Position numbers and translations under genes: made by a program
The notes under the pieces: model-generated
Told to the model about the DNA's origin: nothing
What the model saw: only the letters and a program-made list of their open reading frames with translations
The model's database searches: none
Assembly (NCBI GenBank): GCA_019058445.1
Contig: JAHPZA010000010.1
Coordinates: 96,001-160,000, forward strand
Direction: 5' to 3'
DNA: 64,000 bases
Source of the DNA: Promethearchaeota archaeon
Lineage (GTDB): Archaea > Asgardarchaeota > Lokiarchaeia > Sigyniarchaeales > SOKP01
Shown here: in pieces, positions 19,674-28,782 of the stretch
Layout: every line of letters begins with the position of its first letter
Numbering within the stretch: position 1 is the first letter of the stretch

Positions 19674-22379
19674 TTAGTCACTATTATTATCCATAATAGC
19701 CGCTTGAGCTGCAGCTAATCTTGCAATTGGGATTCTGAATGGAGAGCATGACACATAATCTAATCCTATAGAATGGGCAAATCCAATTGATTTTGGTTCC
19801 CCCCCATGTTCTCCGCAAATGCCACACTTCAGATTAGGTCGAGTTTTTCTTCCCAACTCTATCCCCATTTTCATTAATTCTCCAACACCTTTCTGGTCGA
19901 TTGTTTCAAAAGGATTTTCAGTCAAAATCTCCTTATTTAAATAGATAGGTAAAAATTTACTTTCAGCATCATCTCTGGAAAAACCAAATGTCATCTGAGT
20001 TAAGTCATTTGTTCCAAACGAAAAAAATTCCGCTTCCGTCGCGATTTCATCAGCTGTTAGTGCAGCTCGAGGTATTTCTATCATAGTACCAAATTTATAA
20101 TTGAGCTCTACACCATATCTCTCAATTATTTCTTTTGCAATTTTAACTAAATCATTTTTGACAAATTTTAGTTCGGAAATCATCCCTACTAAAGGAATCA
20201 TAACCTCAGGAATAACATCAATACCTTCCTCTTTAAGCTGACACGCAGCTTCGAATATCGCTTTTACTTGCATTTCAATAATTTCGGGCCACACAATTCC
20301 CAAACGACATCCTCGTAAGCCCATCATGGGATTTTCTTCAGATAAGGATCTTATTAAACTAATTACTTTATTTTTCGTAGTTATTTCCTTATCTAAAGGA
20401 TTTATATTTAGAAGTGAATTTGATAACGCATTTGTCATTTTTAATTCTTGATTCTCTAACAAAACGGTAGATAATTCAGGTAAAAACTCATGTAGAGGAG
20501 GGTCTAATAATCGTATTGTGACTGGTTTTCCTTCCATTATTTTAAATATCTCGTAGAAATCACTTTGTTGCATTGGTAAAATTTTATTTAAATAATCTTG
20601 GCGATCCTCTTTCGTTCTTGACATTATCATGGATTGCACAACAGGTAATCTTTCCTGTGCCATAAACATATGTTCGGTTCTGCAGAGTCCAATACCTTCT
20701 GCTCCAAATTCTAGTGCCTTTTGAGCATCTACTGGTGTGTCTGCATTAGCTCGAACTCCTAATTTTCTTACCTCATCGGCCATTTTTAATAATTCTAAAA
20801 ATTCTCCTTTAATTTCTGGTTCAACAAGAGGGACTTTTCCTTCGATAACTCTACCTGTTGATCCATCAATTGTTATATAACTACCCTCTTTTATAACCGT
20901 ATCCGCAACTTTAAGTTCTCTATTTTCCTCATCAATCTCGATATCTTGTGCCCCTACAACTGCAGGCTTTCCCATACCTCTTGCAACAACCGCAGCATGG
21001 GAAGTTTTTCCTCCAAATTGAGTTAATACTCCACTTGCCGCGTAAAGTCCATGAATATCATCAGGCTTTGTTTGAGGCCGAACTAAAATTATTTCTTTTT
21101 GACCCTCATTTGCTAATTCTTCAGCAGTGTCAGCATCAAATATTGCAATGCCTGATACGGCACCCGGAGAAGCACTGATACCCTTCGCTAACACACGGAT
21201 TATTCCTTTCTCATCAATACTCTTAAACATTAATTTAGTGATTTTTTTGGGATCATTCCTCATTAATGCCTCTTCTTTAGAAATCAATCCTTCGTGATAC
21301 ATCTCAACTGCAATTTTAACGCCTGCAGAGGGAGTTCGTTTACCATTTCTAGTTTGGAGTATATATAATATCCCATTTTCAATCGTAAATTCAATGTCTT
21401 GCATATCTCTATAGTGATTTTCTAAATTTTCCATTGTATTCAATAATTCTTCATAAATTTCGGGGAATTCATTTTTCATCTCTTTAATCTTTTTAGGAGT
21501 TCTTATGCCAGCAACGACATCTTCTCCTTGAGCGTTTGTTAAATATTCTCCAAATCTTCTTCGTTCTCCTGTGGAAGGATCTCTTGAAAATGCTACGCCA
21601 GTCGCAGAATTCCACCCTTTATTTCCAAATACCATTGCTTGTATATTTACTGCAGTACCAAAATTAGGGATATTGTTGATTTTTCGATATGTAATGGCCC
21701 TTTTATTATTCCATGATTTGAAAACTGCTTCTATTGCTAAAAATAGTTGTTTAAACGGATCTTGAGGGAATGATTCTCCAATTTCCTTTTCATATAACGA
21801 TTTATAGTCAGCAATTATTTTCTGTAGATCACTAACTTGCAAATCCGTATCTTGGGCATTTCTACTTAGCAATCTTTTATATTTACTTAGAATTCTCTCA
21901 AAATGTTCATCGCCAATACCCATTACAACGTCTCCAAACATCTGTATGAATCTACGATAGGAATCATAGGCAAATCGAGGATTATCGGTTTGTGTTGCTA
22001 AACCTATGACACTCTCATCATTTAATCCTAAATTAAGAACCGTGTCCATCATTCCCGGCATAGACATTGGAGCTCCAGACCTCACACTTACCAACAATGG
22101 ATTCTTTTCATCTCCAAATTTTTTACCTGTAATAGCTTCTAAGTTCTTTAGTTTCTCCAATACGTTAGGTTTAAGCTCTTCCATAATTTCTTGAGACCTC
22201 TCGAAATATGCTAAACATACCTCAGTAGTGATTGTAAAACCTTGCGGAATGTTTAATCCTAAATTTGTCATCTCTGCGAGATTAGCTCCCTTTCCACCAA
22301 GTATGTTCTTAAGATCTCTATTACCCTCTTTAAATTCAAATACTTGTTTATTTTTGCTGCCGATTGTCATACTATCCAA
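19674..22379 (-). CDS. ppdK: pyruvate, phosphate dikinase
   Basis: GGKGANLAEM, SVRSGA..SMPGMMDT, GGKTSHAAVVARG (phospho-His), GLCRTEHMF, FSFGTNDLTQ, GICGEHGG. Confidence 0.97.
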   Translation of the reverse strand: MDSMTIGSKNKQVFEFKEGNRDLKNILGGKGANLAEMTNLGLNIPQGFTITTEVCLAYFERSQEIMEELKPNVLEKLKNLEAITGKKFGDEKNPLLVSVRSGAPMSMPGMMDTVLNLGLNDESVIGLATQTDNPRFAYDSYRRFIQMFGDVVMGIGDEHFERILSKYKRLLSRNAQDTDLQVSDLQKIIADYKSLYEKEIGESFPQDPFKQLFLAIEAVFKSWNNKRAITYRKINNIPNFGTAVNIQAMVFGNKGWNSATGVAFSRDPSTGERRRFGEYLTNAQGEDVVAGIRTPKKIKEMKNEFPEIYEELLNTMENLENHYRDMQDIEFTIENGILYILQTRNGKRTPSAGVKIAVEMYHEGLISKEEALMRNDPKKITKLMFKSIDEKGIIRVLAKGISASPGAVSGIAIFDADTAEELANEGQKEIILVRPQTKPDDIHGLYAASGVLTQFGGKTSHAAVVARGMGKPAVVGAQDIEIDEENRELKVADTVIKEGSYITIDGSTGRVIEGKVPLVEPEIKGEFLELLKMADEVRKLGVRANADTPVDAQKALEFGAEGIGLCRTEHMFMAQERLPVVQSMIMSRTKEDRQDYLNKILPMQQSDFYEIFKIMEGKPVTIRLLDPPLHEFLPELSTVLLENQELKMTNALSNSLLNINPLDKEITTKNKVISLIRSLSEENPMMGLRGCRLGIVWPEIIEMQVKAIFEAACQLKEEGIDVIPEVMIPLVGMISELKFVKNDLVKIAKEIIERYGVELNYKFGTMIEIPRAALTADEIATEAEFFSFGTNDLTQMTFGFSRDDAESKFLPIYLNKEILTENPFETIDQKGVGELMKMGIELGRKTRPNLKCGICGEHGGEPKSIGFAHSIGLDYVSCSPFRIPIARLAAAQAAIMDNNSD

Positions 22380-22656
22380 ACAACTCTTATTTCTTCAAAT
22401 TCTTATTAAAATAAAAACAAGACCATTAATTTTTATATTTTACGCAAATAGGATATATATTGCTTTGTTCTTGTACTTTTTGATTGAAACGAATTTTTTT
22501 TTTAAAAATTTTGAAATGACGTTTATGCGGAAGATGGTCCTTTTAATTTAGCCCCAATTAGTTATATAATCTAAAATTATTTAAAATTTCTCTATTAAAA
22601 TTAATATATTTCAAAAATAAAAAAAAAGTAATAATTTAATTGACGGGTTTATTCAA

Positions 22657-23115
22657 TTAATAAAATTCCGTCTCCACTTTGGTAGTACTATTTACCAGCT
22701 CCTGTGCTGCCTTCGTAGCTCTCATTACTTTGGCCATATTCCCCACTAGTTTGAATTTCCCTGCCATTAAGCCTTGGATTGGGTCAAGCTCTTTTTTCAA
22801 AACCTTTACCCAGTTATCATAAGTTCCAGAGAAAACGAATTCAGCACCTACCTTTTCTCCTTCTTTTATTGGTCTTGGAGGTGAATTTGGGGGTAAAACA
22901 TCATATTCCTCTCCCGGAGCTAATGTTTTAGTGCCAGTACAATCTCCTTTAAGTAGTCCTACAAACATTTTTATCTCGTGATCCAAATTACCACTAGGCT
23001 CAATGACAAATACAAAATCTCCTTCCCACCAGGAAGCCGCCTCTCTATAATTTTGATTGTTATTTATTGCTTTGCAAAATTCATTTGCCCATTCATCGGT
23101 TGCAAATTTTGGCAT
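22657..23115 (-). CDS. SCP2 sterol/lipid-binding domain protein
   Basis: F.TDEW..., WEGDF, YDNW..V...LDPIQGLMAGKFKLVGNMAKVMR. Confidence 0.85.
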   Translation of the reverse strand: MPKFATDEWANEFCKAINNNQNYREAASWWEGDFVFVIEPSGNLDHEIKMFVGLLKGDCTGTKTLAPGEEYDVLPPNSPPRPIKEGEKVGAEFVFSGTYDNWVKVLKKELDPIQGLMAGKFKLVGNMAKVMRATKAAQELVNSTTKVETEFY

Positions 23116-23344
23116 ATTTTTCGCCTCTAAATTTTGTTTTTAGAAATTAATTTTTTTGTATTTTTTATTTATTAAATTAAGAAAGAATAGTAAGCAAAGA
23201 ATTTTAAAAGTTTTCTAAGATCTCATTGAAATTGAATATTAATTATTACACAATTAAAGAGAGATAGTTTACTTACTAAATAGGAATATAAAAAATTGAA
23301 AGAAATATTTATAAAAAAGAGTAAAAAAGAAAATTTTCTTTTCT

Positions 23345-24496
23345 TTACACGCCAATTCCAATTGTATTTCCAATTCCCGCAATAATGATTTTTGTGTTTT
23401 TTTCAGTTCGTTTTCTAATTGCCATTTTAATTTTCTCGACAATCAATGGAACAGATTGAGTAATAGGACGCTTCATAGTTGTAATTGCGTCTTCTAAAGA
23501 TTGTTTACATATTAGGGCATCAATAGGAATATTTTTTCCTGTAGAGGATTCTTCAATAAAAGATTTCTCGACACCAATACCACCGATAGCTGCTCCGACA
23601 CCAATTGCTATCGAACCGGTCTTATCACCTGAAAGTTTCAAACCAGCATCTATCATAATTATGCGTGAAATTGAATCAGGATTTTCCTCAATTAATTTTT
23701 TTATAGCTTTTCCAGGTTTTCCAACAGTTCCTCCGGGACCTTTCGCTCTGACAACATAAACAATTCTATCTTCAAAATTTACTTCTTGAACAATAGTATC
23801 TTTAGATATCTCTACAGCTTCAACTTCGCCATTATTAGATACATCTCTTACAAACTTACCAGCCACCATTGGACCAAGAGCATCACCTATTGGACTTCCC
23901 TCAGCAAATGCTTTAGTTGCGTAATAAAAAGATTTTGCCATTGCCATTATTAATGCCATCTGCATAGAAATTTGTAATAGTAGGATCATCGATTTACTTT
24001 TTTTACCTAGAATTAAATAATGTTTAATTAAACGATAAATGAAATCTACAGCCATAGATGCCTCCAATAAGTTTTCTAAGGACTGCCTTTTTGAGTCAAT
24101 AGCATGAGGCGCTAACATCGCTACTTCTTCACTAAATCTAAAATCTCTAACATCAATGATATGGTCTATCTTAGGAATTATGCCATAAGGATCAAGTGTC
24201 ACAGGTAAGATTGCTATAAATGTCATGAAATCTTCAAGTTTAATAGCAAGATCCTTATCGGTTTCTGTCTTCTCGGCAAATTTTTTAAATTCAGTAAGAA
24301 GTATTTCCTTGCACTCATCATCCCATTTTTTTAATTTCTCCAGTCCAGTTTGAATCTCTTTCGCAGCTTTCCAAGCTTGAATTCGTTGTCCATAAAACAT
24401 ACTAACAAAGATTAGCAAGAAAAATAATAAGTTAAGGATTAATGATAGCGGATCACTTGTTCTCTCCGCACCTAGTTGCAAAATAATGTTTAACAT
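23345..24496 (-). CDS. DUF1512 family membrane-anchored protein
   Basis: N-terminal TM; PVTLDPYGI, PIGDALGP, AKGPGGTVGKPG, IDAGLK, C-terminal GIGNTIGIG. Confidence 0.8.
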   Translation of the reverse strand: MLNIILQLGAERTSDPLSLILNLLFFLLIFVSMFYGQRIQAWKAAKEIQTGLEKLKKWDDECKEILLTEFKKFAEKTETDKDLAIKLEDFMTFIAILPVTLDPYGIIPKIDHIIDVRDFRFSEEVAMLAPHAIDSKRQSLENLLEASMAVDFIYRLIKHYLILGKKSKSMILLLQISMQMALIMAMAKSFYYATKAFAEGSPIGDALGPMVAGKFVRDVSNNGEVEAVEISKDTIVQEVNFEDRIVYVVRAKGPGGTVGKPGKAIKKLIEENPDSISRIIMIDAGLKLSGDKTGSIAIGVGAAIGGIGVEKSFIEESSTGKNIPIDALICKQSLEDAITTMKRPITQSVPLIVEKIKMAIRKRTEKNTKIIIAGIGNTIGIGV

Positions 24497-24630
24497 TTTT
24501 TTTTTCCAAAAATTAAGTATTTTAATTGATTTTTTATCTAAATTTGATAATAATAAAATTTATTTATTCTTTTCTATTATAAAGAATAGTACATTTAATT
24601 ATTAGAAAAAAAAAACTTTTCTGCTTTTCT

Positions 24631-25065
24631 ATGATTGATGAAGAAGACGATGATGAGGAGATTTTAAAGAAGGGAATTACATTAAAAAGCGCATTGAAAA
24701 ATCTTGTTGTGATTTTTTTCATTTTATTAGGCGCTATGTTTATATATTTTGGATATGGTCCTGATCAATGGTCAAACTTATTTATTGGATTTTTCCTTAT
24801 TTGTATTGGTACTACCATTATGCAAGTTCAAAAACATACGCCAGACCCGATAAGACAGACTTTAACCATCTTAGTGTGTGGATTATGTGGGCTAACTAAA
24901 GTCAGAAATTATGAACAAGGAGATTTTGTGTTTCAGATGATTGATACGTGTAATAAATGTAATAAACCAATGGAAATTAAACAGATTTATTCGGTAAAAT
25001 TGAAAAAGCCGACAGAATCAAAAAAAAAAGAAAATTTGAAACTAAAGCAAAATAGTAAAACTTAA
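24631..25065 (+). CDS. two-TM membrane protein with C-terminal zinc ribbon
   Basis: Two hydrophobic segments, then CGLC...R.YEQGDFVF...CNKC. Confidence 0.7.
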   Translation: MIDEEDDDEEILKKGITLKSALKNLVVIFFILLGAMFIYFGYGPDQWSNLFIGFFLICIGTTIMQVQKHTPDPIRQTLTILVCGLCGLTKVRNYEQGDFVFQMIDTCNKCNKPMEIKQIYSVKLKKPTESKKKENLKLKQNSKT

Positions 25066-25164
25066 ATGTTTCAAAATTGGCTTAAAAACGAATTTTCGTA
25101 AAATTTTTTAGTAATGCTTATTTTACCATATTAAAATCGTTATAATGCTTGAGTAGAAACAAAT

Positions 25165-25245
25165 ATGAATGTAGATTTCAATATTACTAGCTTCACAAAC
25201 AAGCATCAACACGATTTCAATTTCTTTATTCTGCCAAGAGAGTAG
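25165..25245 (+). CDS. putative Phe-rich leader peptide (MNVDFNITSFTNKHQHDFNFFILPRE) upstream of pheS
   Basis: ATG at 25165 to TAG at 25243-25245; 5 Phe in 26 codons (4 TTC, 1 TTT), with a F-N-F-F cluster near the end. Confidence 0.5.
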   Translation: MNVDFNITSFTNKHQHDFNFFILPRE

Positions 25246-25287
25246 TATATCAATTAGTATTCTCTTGGCTGCTGATATTTTTATTTT
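25233..25287 (+). terminator. hairpin plus U-rich tract, candidate attenuator/terminator
   Basis: GCCAAGAGAGTA (25233-25244) pairs with TATTCTCTTGGC (25258-25269): 12 bp with one G-U. Followed by TTTTTATTTT (25278-25287). Confidence 0.55.
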
Positions 25288-25445
25288 GCAATATTCAATT
25301 ATTTAAAATTTCACTAATAAAAATAAAGATCTTCTATTTAATTTAAGATAGGGCAATTTCAAGCAATATAATTGCCAAAAAATTTAAATACATTAAATAT
25401 TTAGAAAAACTATAACGAAGAGAATAATAAATAGGATTTTATATC

Positions 25446-26981
25446 ATGGTTATTAAGCTTAAAAAGAAAGTTATTGAAATTTTTAATGTTCTTAAAGAAA
25501 AGAATGCTGATTATGAAGCTTCAGAGCTCACAAAAGAATTGAGTATTGATTATATAGTTCTAATGTCAGCTATAAATGATTTAATAGATGTAAATTTGGG
25601 TAAGTTTGAAGAAGATGAAATATTTCAATTATCTTTAAATGAGGAAGGCATTTCATACTTAAAAAATGGGCTTCCAGAGCGTCAATTACTGAATATTTTC
25701 CTTAAACGTAATATTAAAGAAATTGAAATAGAAGAATTATTAAAAACTTCTAACCTTGAGAGTAATATTTTTTATATTGGACTTTCTAATATGAAGAAAA
25801 ATAGATGGATTGCTCAAAGTAAAGCAACAGGGGAAACCAAAATATTCCTTGTAGCAGAAAAGTTTCCTGAAACGGAACTTGAGAAGTTTCTAAAACGATT
25901 TGAAAAAAAAGAAAGAATTAACTATTCAAATTTAACTAAGAAAGAGATAAACCAATACAATATATTGAATAAAAGAAAGTTAATTACAAAAACAAAAGGA
26001 ACACAGAGAATTATTTCCTTAACTGAGAAAGGAAAAGCAATAAAACCATCTGAAATTGAAGAATTAAAGCAGGTAAGTAAAATCACTTCAGAAATGCTAA
26101 GTTCAGGAACTTGGAAAGATTATCAATTAAAACCATTTGATGTAACTAAACCTGGACCATTACTAAAAGCCGGAAAATTACATCCTATGGTTAAATTAAT
26201 CAATGAAATTAGAGAAATATTTATTTCTTTAGGCTTTACTGAAATCAGAGGTCCAATTGTCGAAAGTGCCTTTTTTAATTTCGATGCATTATTTCAACCC
26301 CAAGACCACCCTGCCAGAGAAATGCATGACACATTCTATTTAAATAATCCCAAAACAGCAAAATTACCAGAAAAGGATAGAGTGAAAGCTGTTAAAGAAA
26401 CCCATGAAAATGGAGGAGATTCTGGCTCTTTAGGATGGGGATATTCATGGGATGAAAAAATCGCCAAGAAAACTCTCTTACGAACTCATACAACCGCTAC
26501 TACTATAAGAAGACTAGCTCAATATTATAGAAATAATGACGTGCCACCAATTAAAGTATTTTCAATAGATCGAGTATTTAGGAATGAAAAACTTGATAAA
26601 TCTCATTTAGCAGAATTTACTCAAATAGAAGGAATAGTTATTGGAGAGAGAGTTACACTATGTGATTTAATCGGTGTAATTAAAGAGTTCTATAATAAAA
26701 TCGGATTTGAAAAAGTAATTACTAGACCAGGATTTTTCCCGTATACAGAACCAAGTATGGAAATAGCCGTTTATTACGACAAATTAGGAGAATGGCTAGA
26801 AATGGGAGGGTCGGGTATTTTTAGACCAGAAGTAACCTATCCTTGGGGAATAAAAAATCCTACTCGAGTACTGGCGTGGGGTTTAGGGCTTGAACGATTA
26901 GCGATGTTAAAATATGAGCGTAAAGATATTCGTGATTTGTATATTAATCCAATTAAATGGTTAAGGCAAGAATCATACTAA
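25446..26981 (+). CDS. pheS: phenylalanine--tRNA ligase alpha subunit (archaeal/eukaryotic type)
   Basis: GLPER, FNFDALFQPQDHPAREMHDTF, LRTHTT, VFRNE, FPYTEPS, WGLGLERL. Confidence 0.97.
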   Translation: MVIKLKKKVIEIFNVLKEKNADYEASELTKELSIDYIVLMSAINDLIDVNLGKFEEDEIFQLSLNEEGISYLKNGLPERQLLNIFLKRNIKEIEIEELLKTSNLESNIFYIGLSNMKKNRWIAQSKATGETKIFLVAEKFPETELEKFLKRFEKKERINYSNLTKKEINQYNILNKRKLITKTKGTQRIISLTEKGKAIKPSEIEELKQVSKITSEMLSSGTWKDYQLKPFDVTKPGPLLKAGKLHPMVKLINEIREIFISLGFTEIRGPIVESAFFNFDALFQPQDHPAREMHDTFYLNNPKTAKLPEKDRVKAVKETHENGGDSGSLGWGYSWDEKIAKKTLLRTHTTATTIRRLAQYYRNNDVPPIKVFSIDRVFRNEKLDKSHLAEFTQIEGIVIGERVTLCDLIGVIKEFYNKIGFEKVITRPGFFPYTEPSMEIAVYYDKLGEWLEMGGSGIFRPEVTYPWGIKNPTRVLAWGLGLERLAMLKYERKDIRDLYINPIKWLRQESY

Positions 26982-26993
26982 AAGGTGTAAAAA

Positions 26994-28673
26994 ATGCCAA
27001 CATTAGAATTAAAAATTGAAAGATTAGAAAGATTAATTGGACGTAAGTTAGATATAAATGAATTAGAATATGATTTACAGTGGATTAGTTTAGATTTAGA
27101 GGATGTGAATGAAGAGGAACAAAAGATTAAAGTGGAATATAATCCAAATAGACCAGATTTTTCTAGCCCTGAAGGAATTGCAAGAGCACTTAAAGGATAT
27201 TATGAAGTCGAATTAGGATTACCATCATATACCATTATTCCCGGAGATGTTGAGATGAATGTGGATCCCAGTGTTAATAAAGTTAGACCATATATAGTTT
27301 GTGGGGTAATTCGGGATATTGATCTTGATGAGGATGAAGTTGCTACTTTAATGAATATCCAAGAACAACTACATTGGGCTGTTGGGAGGGATAGAAAAAA
27401 AGTAGCTATTGGTGTACATGATTTAGATAAGATAAGCCCACCATATAGATATCTTGCAGTAAAGCCAGACTCAATCAGTTTTGTTCCACTGCATGGTGAC
27501 GGTTACCCTATGAATTTAGAAGAAATACTTCTTTTACATGAAAAAGGAATTGAATATGCCCATATCCTAGAAGGTAAAGAAGTATACCCTCTTCTATTAG
27601 ATAGCAATGATGAGGTTATCTCTTTTCCGCCGATTATTAATGGAATTCTTACAACTGTTACTGATGATACAAAAAATCTATTTTTAGATTTAACAGGTAC
27701 AGATTACAAAGCAATTAATCTAGCATTAAATATTTTATCTACTATGCTGGCAGATACAGGGGCTAAAATTGAAAGTGTAAAGGTGAATTATCAAGGAGAT
27801 ATGGGGCAAATCATTACACCTAATCTAGATCCTATAAAATGGGAAGTAAATACTGATTATATTAATGATTATGTTGGATTAAATTTATCAGATTCAGAAA
27901 TGATAAAATGTTTTAGAAAAGTTAGAATGGATGCAAAAAAATCAAAAAAAAAAGGATATTTAGATATTTGGATCCCTGCTTTTCGAGGCGATATAATACA
28001 CCCTGTAGATTTTACGGAAGAATGTGCTATTGGATATGGATATTTCAATTTACCTTTAACAATTAGAGAAGGATGTATTGGACAATATCATCCAATCGAA
28101 TCTTTTGCAAACAAAATAAGAACTATTATGATTGGGGCAGGATATCTCGAGGTCTTAAATTTTATGCTGACAAATACAGTAAAAAATTATGACTATATGA
28201 GAAAAAAATTTAAAAAGTCTGAGATTTTACAAATCGCAAATCCAGTATCAAAAGAATTTGACACTGCAAGAACAGCTTTATTACCTAAATTAATGGAAAC
28301 TCTACTTTTTAATAGATCAGAAGAAAAACCGATAAGAATTTTCGAAGTTGGTGATGTTATTCAATTAAGACCTAAAGAAGAAACCGGAGCAATAAGAGAA
28401 TTACATCTGTCAGCTGTATCATATTATGAAAACTCCGATTTTACTGAAATTAGATCAACTTTAGATTTTATTATGAGTTCACTTGGTTATTTAGAGAAAT
28501 TTGAAATTAAACCTGGAAAAAACACAACTTATATAGATGGCCGTTATGGAGAGATTTATATGAACGGTAAAAAAATTGGCGAAATTGGTGAGATTCATCC
28601 TGAAGTTCTATTAAATTTCAAATTAGAATTTCCTGTAGCCGCTCTAGAATTAAATTTAGGTTCTTTGATTTAA
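26994..28673 (+). CDS. pheT: phenylalanine--tRNA ligase beta subunit (archaeal type)
   Basis: NRPD, GRDRKKVAIGVHD, SFPPIIN, R.DIIH.VD..EE.AIGYG, IFEVG, GEIHP; 12 bp after pheS. Confidence 0.96.
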   Translation: MPTLELKIERLERLIGRKLDINELEYDLQWISLDLEDVNEEEQKIKVEYNPNRPDFSSPEGIARALKGYYEVELGLPSYTIIPGDVEMNVDPSVNKVRPYIVCGVIRDIDLDEDEVATLMNIQEQLHWAVGRDRKKVAIGVHDLDKISPPYRYLAVKPDSISFVPLHGDGYPMNLEEILLLHEKGIEYAHILEGKEVYPLLLDSNDEVISFPPIINGILTTVTDDTKNLFLDLTGTDYKAINLALNILSTMLADTGAKIESVKVNYQGDMGQIITPNLDPIKWEVNTDYINDYVGLNLSDSEMIKCFRKVRMDAKKSKKKGYLDIWIPAFRGDIIHPVDFTEECAIGYGYFNLPLTIREGCIGQYHPIESFANKIRTIMIGAGYLEVLNFMLTNTVKNYDYMRKKFKKSEILQIANPVSKEFDTARTALLPKLMETLLFNRSEEKPIRIFEVGDVIQLRPKEETGAIRELHLSAVSYYENSDFTEIRSTLDFIMSSLGYLEKFEIKPGKNTTYIDGRYGEIYMNGKKIGEIGEIHPEVLLNFKLEFPVAALELNLGSLI

Positions 28674-28782
28674 AATAATATATTCTTAAATTTGTTTTAA
28701 TCTGCTCTCTTTTATCCTCTTTTAATCAATCTCATTAAATAACAAATCTTATTTAGTAATAAATTATTTTATAGAGAATAAT

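Noticed and set aside
27944-27953. A10 tract in pheT
   Set aside because: In frame in an essential gene. It shows A10 runs occur as background here, which tempers the phase-variation claims.
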